A stretch of DNA of 64,000 nt. Origin: Eledone cirrhosa (lineage: Eukaryota). The notes under the pieces are model-generated. The model made no database searches. It was not told the DNA's origin and saw only the letters and a list, made by a program, of their open reading frames with translations. The number at the start of each line of letters is the position of its first letter. The stretch's first letter is position 1. The stretch spans positions 51,026,001-51,090,000 of the forward strand of contig OZ024749.1 in assembly GCA_964016885.1 (NCBI GenBank), given 5' to 3'. This document shows positions 1-14,213 of the stretch, piece after piece. A program made the translations under genes and the position numbers.

Positions 1-560
1 TGTACCATCATTAATTGGTCACGTGCACAGTACACATTTGTGCTATACAATAGATAGCATCTCAATGCAAATAAAATATATGCTAACATCCGCAAATAGA
101 CAGTAGCCTGAGCAGTATTCAATGATTAGTATAAAAGTGCATTCAAACATATACTATATTCATTTCAACTGAAATCCATCTTCGAGGCGAAAATTACAAA
201 TGTTTAGACAAACATGTAACTTTATAGTCATAACTTATCACTGTCTGCAAGATAGTAAACTTTATTAAATGATATTTATTACATATTCACATTATTACAT
301 TCCATGTCATACTTAATAGTTAAAGGAACATTTTTAGCATTTTATAAACATTTCGAAATTGGCAGGTCAGATGAAAAGTGGAAGTGTATTTTTTGCTAGA
401 GAAATTTATGTTGATATACTAATTGAATAAAGCATCATATTAATGTATGAGAAAAAATTTATATTGAAAATAGAGCCGACAAAATAGCTATCTTAATATA
501 TATGAGAAAATGGCTTCAGTTGATGATGAAGTCCATCCATTGTGTATGTATATCAGTATA

Positions 561-688
561 TAGTTGTTTCTACTTTTGGCACAAGGCCAGCAAATGCCCT
601 CGGCGGGACTTGAACTCAAAACGTAAAGGGATGCAACTATGCTGGAAAGAATGTCCGACCCTTTACCGGTACTGTCAAGTCACCACCC
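561..688 (-). mobile_element. tRNA-derived CORE-type SINE (octopus OR2-like), internally deleted copy
   Basis: Reverse complement matches the head (GGTGG..TTGRCAGTA.CGGTA, GAGTTCAA.TCCCGCCGAGG) and tail (GCTGGCCTTGTGCC..AAGTAGAAAC) of the full copy at 17961-18145; the middle part is missing. Confidence 0.8.
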
Positions 689-944
689 TATATCAGTAAA
701 TAGTGAATTCTATTACGAATTAAATCATTGGAATAATATAATTGCACTGACATGACTTTTGTTCGCCCAATGCAATACGTGTACATACAAACACGTATGA
801 ATACATATAAACATACGTGTCTGCATACATATAAACATAAGTTTATGCATACATATATAAAGAGAATGAGGGAGCGATTCAGAGATGAATATATAGATAG
901 ATGCATAGATAAATAGATATGTAACAGATGGTGAGATAGCAAGG

Positions 945-1048
<104 letters not shown>

Positions 1049-1731
1049 GATAGAATTTGAGAAAGTAAGAAAATCTTCGGGCAAAATATACTAACTCACA
1101 CACATGTATACACACACCCACGAATACAAACACACACGCACACACACGCACACACACACATATATATATATGTGTGTGTGAGAGTATTATCAAGATTTAG
1201 TTCTACTTCTATGGTAGCACCTCCAAACAATGTGTTTATGTGTCTGTGTGTATATGCCTCCATCTGTGTGATTATGTTTGTATGTATTGTATTGTTATTT
1301 ACTTGCACGCATTTATTCAAAATGTACTGCCATTTCTTTGATATATATTCTTTGTGCAACTCTAAAATTTCCGACGTAAATTGATCAGGTTTAAAGCTAA
1401 TATATTATACAGTAGTTTTACTGAGGACAACTAGTTATTCATTGATTGCTTCCTTAGATTTCTCCGTTATGTAGGATTTCACCTACAATTAGTGTCTATT
1501 CAACACGAATTTAAAGAAGGTCATATTACCAAATAAGAAAAGGTATAACGAATTGAAGGATCAATGTTTTTCTTGCTTCGGAAATGTATTTATTACATGG
1601 GAAATATACAAATAACATAACTTAAAAGAACATGTATATACATATATATAGTGACAACCATAGTGACATAGACTAGTAATATATGTGTGATTTGCTTGTA
1701 AGTGTAGGTACACCCACACAGACGCCCACAT

Positions 1732-1805
<74 letters not shown>

Positions 1806-1806
1806 G

Positions 1807-1837
<31 letters not shown>

Positions 1838-1871
1838 GTATATATATATATTTTTATATATATATATATAT

Positions 1872-2260
1872 ATAACGCGATGAATTAGTTTTGCGATGTT
1901 TTGTGTGTCGAAACAAATATTGTTATACTTGAGGAGGGTCATATGTGTGTAATGATATTGCCAGAATTAATAACAGAGCACACTCACTGTTTGGTTGGTT
2001 AATATCACCACTGACTATCTGACTATGTTGCAGATGTGCAACGAAAGAACTTTTTTAGACTATATATATGTGTTTGTGTCTATATTATATCTGTATTTTT
2101 GACCGTTGGTCAGTCAATGTTAACATTGAGGACCAAATAAATTGAATTAACCGATATAAAAGACAGAGAAGCGAAAACCAACCAAACAGTGAGTGTGTTC
2201 TGTTATTAATTCTGGCAATATTATTACACAAAATATGACCCTCCCCAAGTATAACAATAT
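1872..2260. mobile_element. Asymmetric palindromic insertion, PLE-end type
   Basis: 1917-2000 is the inverted repeat of 2177-2260; the left arm has an extra tail (~1872-1916); TA runs lie on both sides. Confidence 0.6.
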
Positions 2261-2280
2261 ATATATATATGTTTATATAT

Positions 2281-2525
2281 TTATAACTGATATAAAAGCA
2301 CTCGACAAATACTTGGAGTATATTTACAATATTAAATAAATGGAAAACTATATTTATAAACCTCTTCAAATGAAGTTGATGTTGAATATATTTATCTATA
2401 AAACTGTTTATATTGTATTTTGTCTGATGAAGGCATAGCATATTGTTAATATGATATCCCCGAAATATATATAATGAAATAAATATGGTTTTATAAATAT
2501 AGTTTTCCATTTATTTAATATTGTA
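2281..2525 (+). mobile_element. PLE-end family A, palindromic insertion with hammerhead
   Basis: 2325-2362 is inverted to 2487-2525; homologous to 9236-9381 and 58931-59211; flanked by TA runs. Confidence 0.75.
2416..2481 (+). ncRNA. Type I hammerhead ribozyme, family A (degenerate stem II)
   Basis: UAUUUUGU-CUGAUGA-stem II-GAAA-UAUAUA-UA-AUGAAAUA; stem I has 8 bp with 2 GU pairs; stem/loop III is palindromic. Confidence 0.7.
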
Positions 2526-2551
2526 TATGTTTATATATATATATATATGTG

Positions 2552-2847
2552 TAATTAGAAAGTGAACAACACAAACTATAACTACTCCACTACTCCATGT
2601 TCTATGAGTTGTAAAAGAAAACCGAAAAAGGTTATAGTACCGCTTGACCAGGATTGAACCCGAGTACATGCTCGCCACCGCCTATAGAACCTACCCCTAA
2701 GCCACAGATACAACAATGAAAGTCTCTCGAAAATTCATATTTATAAACCTACTTTCATTATAATCTATTATTCACTTTCTAATTAAATAGCTCTGTTCTA
2801 TACATAGAGCACTCTTTTCTCCTTCGGAATCCCCCCCCCCCCCACAT

Positions 2848-2891
<44 letters not shown>

Positions 2892-3610
2892 ACGCACACA
2901 CTCACACACATGCACACATAAATATATGTATATACAGTATATATATATACAATATTGAAACTTTTTAATTTTAAGTTTGAAAGTAGGTTTATAACTATCA
3001 ATTTCCATTATGCTTTCGTATCGATCTCTGTGGCCTAGTTGTATGAATCATAGACGATGGTGTCGTGGTCTGAAGTTCGATCCTGGCTGGGAGTAGGGGT
3101 TACTGTAAATCTTTTTTTTTTTTTTCTATGGGTTGTAAAATAAAACTGAAAAAGTGTACATGCACCTCTTGACCAGGATCTTCACCGTCTCTAGTATATA
3201 CCGCTAAGCCACAGACAACTACGAACATTTCAAATACATTCATACTTGTAAACCTACTTTCAAAGTGTTCAATTGTTCAGTTTCTAATTAAATATATCCG
3301 TTCTATACACAGAGCACTCTTTTCTCCTTTGCCTTTCCTTCAGAATTACCTAACACACACAAAAACACACACACACACACGCACACATATATATATATAT
3401 ATATACAATATTGACACTTTTGAAATATACAATACTGAAACTATGGTTTGTAAAATAAAACTGAAAAAAGCGTATATGGGCCTATTGACCAGGATTGAAC
3501 ACAAGGACAGGATCTCCACCGTCCCTAGTAACTACCGCTAGGCCACAGAGACAACTACGAAAATATGAAAATTCATACTTATAAACCTACTTTAAAAATG
3601 TAAATGTTCA
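2552..3610. mobile_element. Cluster of tRNA-like Pol III units: minus 2600-2830, convergent dimer 2975-3350, minus 3443-3610
   Basis: A-box-like TGGCYTAG..G and B-box GTTCRATCC motifs; shared upstream GAAAGTAGGTTTATAA; the same dimer recurs at 28508-28830. Confidence 0.7.
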
Positions 3611-3901
3611 AAATAAAGTGTTGTGGTGTCGTTCATGTCTTTCTTAATGTTATTGCTCCTACTTAATATCGACTCCTAAATCATTTGGGTCTTCCACAAA
3701 CTATATGGTCGTTTTGTTTCACATCTAACTAGGCTATACTTTAACCTGTAATCCGTGTTTTATTTCTATTCCACCTCGTTTCTCCCCCCTCTTATCTCTT
3801 TCTTCCTCTCTCTGTCTTTCTCTCTGTGATATTTGAATCTACTCTGATTTGGCTTACCTTATCCCTATATATATATATTTATATATATATATATATGTAT
3901 A

Positions 3902-3980
3902 CAGTGGCGGACTAGGTCTAAACATATTGGTTGCAAGATGAAGGGGGTCAACCCGCATATAAAATACTATCATTTAATTA
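3902..3980 (+). mobile_element. Left end of hAT-like non-autonomous DNA transposon
   Basis: Starts CAGTGGCGGACTAGG; homologous to 28423-28505. Confidence 0.5.
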
Positions 3981-5559
3981 AAAATAATTGAAAATTAAAG
4001 ATTTTAAATTAAGTGTTGAGTCAGGTTTGCTCATCATTCTTGTTGAGAACAACGTATGTATAAGTTGTTCTCAAGAATATACCGTTTAAAGATGTGTGAT
4101 ATTGTGGATCATTTATGTGGTGCGTTCATTATTATAATCGAACGTGAAACATTGGTTTATTTTCTGTCATACGTAACACAGTGATAGGTACACGTATGTT
4201 AATAGAAATTATTAAATATTATACAAATTGAAACGAAATCTTACATAGTGTCGCCAATATATTTATGAGCTGAAAAATGTAATTCTCCCTTCTAATATTT
4301 TTCTTATCTCATTATCCAATATATTTTTTCATTTATTTAATTCGTATTCATATCACCACTTTTCTTTCCTTTTTCTATATACGGATTCCTATAATCTCAT
4401 AGGAAGCCAAAATGTGCATTAGCGCATATTCGTTTATAAAATATTTATGATGTGCTGTAACGAAAATTATATATTTTTACTGTAGTTATAATCAGTATTT
4501 ATTTTAAGTTATTTCATTTAATTGTTGCTATCTCCATTATGTTCATTTCATAATCGCCTATATGTATTATAGCATTACCGTGTTTGTAGAATCATTCATA
4601 AGTGTTATATATATATGCCGAATGTAAAAAATATATATACATCGTTAATAGGTGTGAGTAATGCAGGGAATCTGAAAAATATATGTATTCCTTTTATTGT
4701 ATACACCATGTCTTCTGTAAAACAACATCATCTTTTTTATGATTTAGATATCTTAATCTCTGCTTCTTTATATCTGAGTAATATGTAATATGGAAACTAT
4801 TTCAAATTCGTGGCCAAAAACATGCAGTGCAATATGTGTAGCTAGATAATTTCTTTATTTGGATTAATCCCAATGTTTACAATTTTTGGCCAAATATTTT
4901 GGAAACACTAAAAAAAAACACTAGAAAAGGTAAAACGAGAGTCTACACAATAAGTCACATTCATCTCCACGTACACATACACATATACGTAAATATAACA
5001 GAGCATATAATAGTGAAGGAGATGTTTATAATTTCGGTACAACTCATCTTCTTGGTGTGGTAAGTTTATATATATGTAGGTTGCACACTGGAAGAAGTAA
5101 GTGTCAGTACAAATTCTAAATTATCAATGATTGATAGCTAGTATACAACTCTGCACAATATCTCCCTGCTATAGTACTAGCTGAGTGAGAGAAATATAAA
5201 AATAACAACACAAATGAATCTATTCCGGAGTAAAATTATGGATGTTAGCTCTTATTTTAAAGTGTCTGTTCTGTGATCCAGCACCAATATTTGTGATTTC
5301 CAAAGCGGATATGGATGTATATAAATCAACGTGATGCAGGAATTAACACTGATGATGTTAAGCCCATAATAAAGAAGAATTTCAATAATGAGGCCTTTCT
5401 ACTATCTTTAGACGCGTTATGATGAGACAACGATATTTTACAATAGAAACTGTAAGATGTATAATCTTAATGACGAATAAGTAATTTGAAATGATAACGG
5501 GAAATGTGCACACTGCTCGAAATCCATAGAGTACTAGTAGCACACTGGGGCCGATTTAA

Positions 5560-5778
5560 CACTTTAGCATTTACATTACTCTATATATCCTATTGTATTT
5601 TTATGGCAAAGGCTTTATCTTAAATAACTATCTCATATAATATTAAATCTACGAGATTTTGATGATATTATTTTGAGAACAATACCTGACATCATTATGA
5701 GTGGCTGGTTATGGCTGGTTTGAACAGAAAGAAATGAGAACATTCTGGCCGGATACAGCCCCTTTAAATGCTAAAGGT
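5560..5778. mobile_element. piggyBac-like MITE inserted into a SINE tail
   Basis: Terminal inverted repeats CACTTTAGCATTTA / TAAATGCTAAAGGT; TTAA at 5556-5559 and 5779-5782; removing it restores GG.CGATTTAATCGACTTT as in the SINE at ~37765. Confidence 0.8.
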
Positions 5779-5953
5779 TTAATCGACTTTACCCTCCATA
5801 AATGTATTCGCATTGTAAACTTGAATTTCACAAGAGCCACAAATACAAGGTAACAACTTATTACGTATAAATACTATTCTGAGATATCAACTAATGGTAT
5901 ATATATTATACGAACATCCAACGTGTTATGAAAAAGATCAGCATTATTTCAAC

Positions 5954-6136
5954 TGGGATTGACAGTATCGGTAGAGAGTTGGACGCCATGCTTTGCAACA
6001 AAGAGTTACGACCCCTTTATGGTCTGAGTTCAAATCCCACCGTGGTTAACTCTGCTTTTCATGCTTACGAGGTCGATAAATAATGTACCAGTAATGCACT
6101 AGGATAAGTGCTGGCCTTGTGCCAAATGTAGAAATA
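5954..6136 (+). mobile_element. CORE-type SINE, near full length, with target-site duplication
   Basis: Head, core and tail motifs present; ATTATTTCAAC duplicated at 5943-5953 and 6137-6147. Confidence 0.9.
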
Positions 6137-6548
6137 ATTATTTCAACGCAGCTACCTTGGATTAGCCTTAACTCTACACAATTCTTTCGAATATTCCTTT
6201 AAAACAGCAATTGAGATAATCTATGTGTATAATACCTTTAATGACACGGTCAAGACATTATATTTATTTTCTCTGATATACTACTGCCAGCAAATGCATT
6301 AATCGATAATAATATATTGATTTCTAAATTATGTGTTATACACAAAATTTGAAGAGGTGAAGTAAACTGAATCTTCTACAATTGATTCTAGATATCTTTC
6401 TTCAATGCGTTTATACTGCAAACTACTTGTTTACTTAATCCAACTTTTCAAATAGTTTTGCAATTATCAAAAGTTGGGAGCGAATGTTTACAATTTTAAA
6501 TTTACACACGCCCACATTAATACAAGCGCATATCTCTCTCCTCTGTCG

Positions 6549-6627
<79 letters not shown>

Positions 6628-6751
6628 TCTCTTCTTCTCTCTCTCTTTATATATATGGTAAATATATATATATATATATATGTTATTACAATATCCATAT
6701 GATTTATACATATATAGGTATATCAATAAATAAATAAATAAATGAATATAT

Positions 6752-6869
<118 letters not shown>

Positions 6870-7286
6870 TAATATATATATATATATATATATATTAACA
6901 CATACACATGTGTGTGTATGTGTGCGTGTGTGTGTATAGCAACGCTATACTTGCCGATTAAATAAAGCGTATGTGCAATACTTTGCAAGAAAATAACTAG
7001 CTAGCAACATTGTGTTAGAATAACCACCTAATTGAATCGGTTGTTCTACATTTTGTAACCGACAATATATAAACGATAGATATTGCTGATATGAGATAAG
7101 AATTGTATGAAAACAATTCAGAATAGTTCATGTCCATACATATAATTATATATATATATATATATATATACATACATAAAAATATCATATATATATACAT
7201 ACATACAAACATGCATACATTCATGCATACATACATATATACATACATATATACATACACACATATATACCTATATATACACACAT

Positions 7287-7486
7287 NNNNNNNNNNNNNN
7301 NNNNNNNNNNNNNNNNNNNNNNNNNNNNNNNNNNNNNNNNNNNNNNNNNNNNNNNNNNNNNNNNNNNNNNNNNNNNNNNNNNNNNNNNNNNNNNNNNNNN
7401 NNNNNNNNNNNNNNNNNNNNNNNNNNNNNNNNNNNNNNNNNNNNNNNNNNNNNNNNNNNNNNNNNNNNNNNNNNNNNNNNNNNNNN
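7287..7486. other. Assembly gap (200 N)
   Basis: Run of n characters. Confidence 1.
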
Positions 7487-7609
7487 GGAGCATATTCTCT
7501 CACATTCTATCATACTCTGCTCTGTAAGAGCATAGAGTGCTCAACCGGCATACCGCCTATGGAAGCATCTTAGCTACCATCAGACACACACACACACATA
7601 TATATATAT

Positions 7610-7678
<69 letters not shown>

Positions 7679-7833
7679 AACATAAATTATGGAGAATCGC
7701 ATTTCGGCCCACGAAATAACGAAAAACAACCTCCGAGATGTGTGGCAAGTGCTCAATGATTCAGATGAACCAGAGCTATAACAAACGTTATATATATATA
7801 TATATATATAACAAACGTTATATATAACAAACG

Positions 7834-7959
<126 letters not shown>

Positions 7960-8370
7960 CTGTACCTCTTCAAATATATCTGCCACTTACTTCCAAGGAA
8001 GTTTCTATTATTATCCAAAATGTAAGGAAAACGAAAATTTTAAATCAATATTGTAATCAAATGTGGACAAGCTGACTGCTGGGAGGTATTACAGGTTAAA
8101 GTGAATGGAAAAGCGAAAAAAGACATGTTATTTTTCGTTTCGTTCATGTGTGTAGGTGGAAGAGTTAGATTATTAATATAAGATCAGGTGCAGCAAAATG
8201 TCCAGTTTGTGGTGTTAAAATCGATACACAGAAACAATTCAGACTTTTGTGAAAGACAAGTCGAAAAAGTCTCTAACGTCGAAAAAGTCTCTAACATACG
8301 TATACGCAGATACACACACAAATTTATTTGTATGTAAATATATATATATATATATACTGTGTATATCTAT

Positions 8371-8456
<86 letters not shown>

Positions 8457-8527
8457 TACTGTGTATATCTATGTACTATATATATATATATGTATATATA
8501 TATATAAACGGAAAAAATGAAACGATA

Positions 8528-8902
8528 TTTCATTTCCCACTCTTAGTACGGCTGTTACTTAAATATAAGTATGTACACGTACATACATATATGTATACCG
8601 ACGTACAGTAGTATGTATATATATATATACATACATGCACACATATATATATGCACGTATGGATTCACCGAACATTTATTATAATGCTGGGTATACATAT
8701 ATGTATGTACGTGTACATACTTATATTTAAGTAACAGCCGTACTAAGAGTGGGAAATGAAATATAATTTACAAACACACCGAGCATTATAATAAATGTTC
8801 GGTGAATCCATACGTGCATATATATATGTGTGCATGTATGTATATATATATATACATACTAATGTACGTCGGTATACATATATGTATGTACGTGTACATA
8901 CT

Positions 8903-8907
<5 letters not shown>
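8528..8907. repeat. Nested inverted duplication A-B / A' / B'-A'
   Basis: 8528-8599 is inverted at 8690-8761; 8600-8688 is inverted at 8781-8869; part of A is inverted again at 8870-8907. Confidence 0.8.
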
Positions 8908-8944
<37 letters not shown>

Positions 8945-9235
8945 AGTGAAAGAGTGAAGAATAACATGGTCGGCTGTACAGAAAGGGTTTTATTTACAGT
9001 TTTATTTACGTTAAGACTATCCAAAGTACTCACAACTTCTAACTGGATTACCTAAAAGGATAATTTGGTATCCTATATATTTTTTTTTTTTCTCTTTCCC
9101 TTTTTCCATACCCCAACGGCTTATTTTAAATCTACTGTGATTTTAAAATATCCGACACTAATTTGCATAATAGTATAAATAAATTTATAACCCCACTATC
9201 CGGGAGCTTCCAACAGAGATGGTCGCATTCTTTAA

Positions 9236-9541
<306 letters not shown>

Positions 9542-9552
9542 CATACATAGAT

Positions 9553-9605
<53 letters not shown>

Positions 9606-9669
9606 ATATATAATGGACAAGTCAAAACTCTTTGGGCGGTCAGGTTATGTGTTGAGAGAGAGAGAGATG

Positions 9670-9760
<91 letters not shown>

Positions 9761-10034
9761 TTATAGATTTTCTCGCGGAGACTTATTTAATAAATCAGAT
9801 AATATGATATTTTAAACAAATTTTAATTATGGAATATAAGATAAATATGCAGAAACTAATCACTATAAAGAGAAAGAGGGTAGCTTGGCAGAATTCCAAT
9901 CCATTCGTAAGTATATTTAATGGAATATTACTGAGCAGATTAGTTTCTTTCTTTGGAAAGTTATTCGTTAATATGGCTTCACATTCTATGTACACGTACC
10001 CATATATACACAGATATATATCTAAATATACATG

Positions 10035-10129
<95 letters not shown>

Positions 10130-10235
10130 GCTTATTTATATATATATATGCATATATATATAATATATAATGTATATATATATCTATATATATATAGATA
10201 TATAAGATATAATGCACATATATATATATATATGA

Positions 10236-10289
<54 letters not shown>

Positions 10290-10692
10290 GTGTACATATA
10301 TTTACATATATATATAATATATACAATATATAAATTTATATATATGCAAATTTATAAATCTATATGTATATATGTATGTATATATATATACATACATATA
10401 TACATACATATATACATATATATATACATATAGGTTTATAAATTTGTATATATATATATTTATATATATATATATAAATGTATATAAATATATATATATG
10501 TATATAAATATATATATGTATATATATATATATTATATAATATATACATACATACATACACAAATACACACATACACACATACATACATACATACATACA
10601 CACATACATACATACATACACACATACACACATACACACATACATATATACACACATACATATATACATACATACATACATACATACATACA

Positions 10693-10724
<32 letters not shown>

Positions 10725-10919
10725 AACATATGCATATATATATTCATAATATATATGTGTGTGTGTGAGTACATAGGTGTGTGTAAATCTGCATTAAATT
10801 TAGCTGAATTAGTAGCCATTGTTTAAGTAATTATACAAATGGAATCAACGTGTTCACGAATGTCAGACCCTCACATTTGGGGACTTTATCACTTTATCAT
10901 AGTAATTCAATGGATTGCA

Positions 10920-11020
10920 CGTGATGTTTCTTTTATTGCTGCTGCTGTTGGTGGTGATTAAGATGATGATGATGTTGATGGTTGATGGTGGTGGTGGTGG
11001 TGGTGGTGGTGGAGGTGATA

Positions 11021-11052
<32 letters not shown>

Positions 11053-11258
11053 GGTGGTGATGGTGGTGGTGGTGGTGGTTATGATGGTGATGATGTTGAT
11101 GGTTGATGGTGGTGGTGGTGGTGGTGGAGGTGATAACGATGATGATGATGATGGTGGTGGTGGTGGTGGTGGTGGTGGTGATGGTGGTGGTGGTGGTGGT
11201 GGTGGTTATGATGATGATGATGGTGGTGGTGGTAGTGGTGGTGGAGGTTGTGGTGATA

Positions 11259-11289
<31 letters not shown>

Positions 11290-11322
11290 CGGTGGTGGTG
11301 GTGGTGGTGGTGGTGGTGGTGG

Positions 11323-11356
<34 letters not shown>

Positions 11357-11387
11357 GGTGGTGGTGGTGGTGATGATGGTGGTGGTT

Positions 11388-11419
<32 letters not shown>

Positions 11420-11621
11420 GGTGGTGGTGGTGGTGGTGGTGGTGGTCGTGGTGGTGGTGGTGGTGATGATGGTGGTGGTTATGATGATGAGGATGATGAT
11501 AAGGAGGGGGAGGAGGAGGGGTGGGGAGGAGGAGGGATTAATTCTACAAGCAATAGGGGAGGGATTAATCCTTTATCTTGGTGGGCGGAGTAGTGATGTT
11601 AGCAGCCGATGTTGAAGAAGG

Positions 11622-11652
<31 letters not shown>

Positions 11653-11720
11653 AATGATGGGGATGATGATGATGATGATGATGATGAGGAGGAGGAGGAG
11701 GAGGAGGAAGAAGAGGGGGG
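10920..11720. repeat. (GGT)n/(GAT)n/(GAG)n compound microsatellite
   Basis: Direct inspection. Confidence 0.95.
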
Positions 11721-11808
11721 TATGGTGTGAAAGAGGAGGGAGGAAAATGCGATGATGTGGGGTTGTTTATGACTAAGAGTTTAGAAGTTGTTGCATATAT
11801 TAAGTTTA

Positions 11809-12182
11809 TCTTCTATATATATAAAAGCGAGAATGTGTGTGTGTCTGTGTACAACTTTGGCTACCTAAGGCTTTTACAATTACCAACCGAATTTTCTGAG
11901 CACGTTGCACAGGTCGCTAAGATGGTCACATCACAAAAATCTTTCAAATCGACCCACGTTGAGCAATAAAAAATCGATACCAAAATTATCGGTAGCAAAA
12001 CTAATGTAAGGGAGATAACCAACTTTATTGACAATCCTTATAAAAAAAAGAGATAACCAACTTCATTGACAGAAATATAAACATCACATTCATTTGAAGA
12101 TAAATCACTAATATTATCGTTTATTTCTTGTTTATTCTTTGTTGCATTTCAAACCCCGGGCAACGCCGGGTAAATCTTCTAG
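11809..12182 (+). mobile_element. Non-autonomous Helitron
   Basis: 5' A|TC(TTCTATATATATAAAA); subterminal hairpin CCCGGGCAACGCCGGG at 12155-12170; 3' CTAG|T; no target-site duplication. Confidence 0.85.
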
Positions 12183-12189
12183 TTGTTAC

Positions 12190-12377
12190 TAATTGTTTCT
12201 ACTTTTGGCACAAGACCAGCAATTACCCCCAGTGTCTTACTGGTACTTTATTTTATCGACCTTGTAAGGATGAAAGGCAAAGTTAACCTCGACGGGATTT
12301 GAACTCAGAATGGCAAGGGCCGTAACTCTATGCGTCAAAGCATGGTGTCTGACGCTCTACCGATACTGCCAATCCAC
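12190..12377 (-). mobile_element. CORE-type SINE, full length
   Basis: Reverse complement of the family consensus seen at 17961-18145. Confidence 0.9.
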
Positions 12378-12631
12378 TGATTAATAGTGATTAAAAATAT
12401 AGGAAATTAGTCAACATGAATACATGATCCGTAAATTCTGATGGGATTGTAGCGTCTCCATTGTGGAATACGGCGGGTATTGAGAATGTTATACCTGACA
12501 GGACACCATCTATTTCTTCCAGAGAGTAAAGGAGAGAGAGGGGGAGTGAGAGAGAGAGAAAAATAAAGAGAGAGAGGGAGATGGGGGTTTATAGAAAGAC
12601 AGGGAGATGCGCTAGAAAAGCTACTCCAACT

Positions 12632-12723
<92 letters not shown>

Positions 12724-12738
12724 GTTTTAATATAGATG

Positions 12739-12789
12739 AGATTCTACAGGACTAGAACTGTTTCATTCATTAGAAATCATCAGGAATCT
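12739..12789 (-). ncRNA. Type I hammerhead ribozyme, family B
   Basis: AGAUUC-CUGAUGA-UUUC UAAU GAAU-GAAA-CAG UUCUAGUC CUG-UA-GAAUCU. Confidence 0.8.
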
Positions 12790-12989
12790 GGGTATCAAAA
12801 AATAAATATGGTATTTATAGGTCTCTACAGGTGGTAGGAGAGGGTGGGGAGTGGGATGGGTGCAGGTCATTGGTTGATAGAGAAGGGAATTCATTAAAAG
12901 GTCAACCAATGACCTGCACCCATCCCACTCCCCACCCTCTCCTACCACTTGTAGAGACCTATAAATACCATATTTATTTTTTGATACCC

Positions 12990-13040
12990 AGATACCTGAT
13001 GATTTCTAATGAATGAAACAGTTCTAGTCCTGTAGAATCT
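12990..13040 (+). ncRNA. Type I hammerhead ribozyme, family B (one stem I mismatch)
   Basis: AGAUAC-CUGAUGA...GAAA-CAG...CUG-UA-GAAUCU. Confidence 0.7.
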
Positions 13041-13165
13041 GATCTATATTAAAACTGTTATACTCTGCTATGTATTGAGTACCTTACTTACTGTGGTTAC
13101 CTCCGATTCAACCCGGAATAACGTACTATATATATATATATATATATATATAATAAAAACATTAT

Positions 13166-13224
<59 letters not shown>

Positions 13225-13230
<6 letters not shown>

Positions 13231-13631
13231 CACAGATATCGAACAAGCTTTACAATATATAAATACACAATCCACCTGTGATTGTCAATCTCACCGCGTA
13301 TGGTGACGTTTTGTTTTTTTTATCTCTACTTAGCATCCAATTATTTACATTAAAATTGTACTTTACCAATACAATGACAGTGTGTATGTAACTATAATTA
13401 TATTCCTGGCACTAAGTTTACTATTTATCTAACTCTGATTTATCTATTAAATCTTTTCCTTGGTGTCTGTAGTTTGTATCGTATCAGAGTGTTTCATTCA
13501 CTACTAAGTAATTATTCAGATAATTTTGATCTTTTTCTAAGCCTAAATCCAAAGAATCTTTTTAGTTTTAATTAAATTGCCTCTTCTTAAATTATTTGTA
13601 TATTCCTAAAGCTTGTCCGATATCTCTGCTC

Positions 13632-13635
<4 letters not shown>
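13225..13635. mobile_element. Element with ~40-bp terminal inverted repeats in (TA)n (PLE-end or MITE)
   Basis: ATGAGCACAGATATCGAACAAGCTTTA.. is inverted to ..TAAAGCTTGTCCGATATCTCTGCTCAT. Confidence 0.55.
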
Positions 13636-13710
<75 letters not shown>

Positions 13711-13732
13711 TATGTATACGTGTGTATGTGTG

Positions 13733-13768
<36 letters not shown>

Positions 13769-13783
13769 CATACACGCGTATAC

Positions 13784-13850
<67 letters not shown>

Positions 13851-13855
13851 CGTGT

Positions 13856-13958
<103 letters not shown>

Positions 13959-14168
13959 GAATGTTTAAGTATCTAGATAGAGAAAAAAGGAAAGATAAGC
14001 GATACATATATTTAGTTGCCAATAGTTTCTGTAAACGTGCTCAATACTTGTGCCTACAGAGTTAAATATTAGAAGCGTTAATATTTAGTGGGCGAGAAAA
14101 TAAGCAGAGCGGTTACAAAAGAAATGAATACAAAGGAGTATGTACCGTTAAACCATGTTTATATAACA

Positions 14169-14213
14169 ATGCACCTACGTACGTTTCGCCCAGAACGGGC
14201 TTCTCAATAGCAT
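14169..14213 (-). ncRNA. Hammerhead-like motif, U3-A8 core variant (family E)
   Basis: UUGAGAA-GCCC GUUCU GGGC-GAAA-CGUACG-UA; stem I is imperfect (AUGC/GCAU offset from the core). Confidence 0.55.

Larger units (their letters stand above)
12723..13126. mobile_element. PLE-end family B palindrome with two hammerheads
   Basis: 155-bp arms 12723-12877 and 12902-13056, 24-bp spacer, 3' tail 13057-13126, (TA)n on both sides. Confidence 0.85.

Noticed and set aside
2010-2062. Hammerhead-like CUGACUA-GUUGCA/UGCAAC-GAAA
   Set aside because: G8 is missing and stem I cannot be paired; at most a decayed motif.
3024-3100. Functional tRNA genes in the tRNA-like units
   Set aside because: A and B boxes are present, but no clean cloverleaf or acceptor stem could be drawn and copies are diverged.
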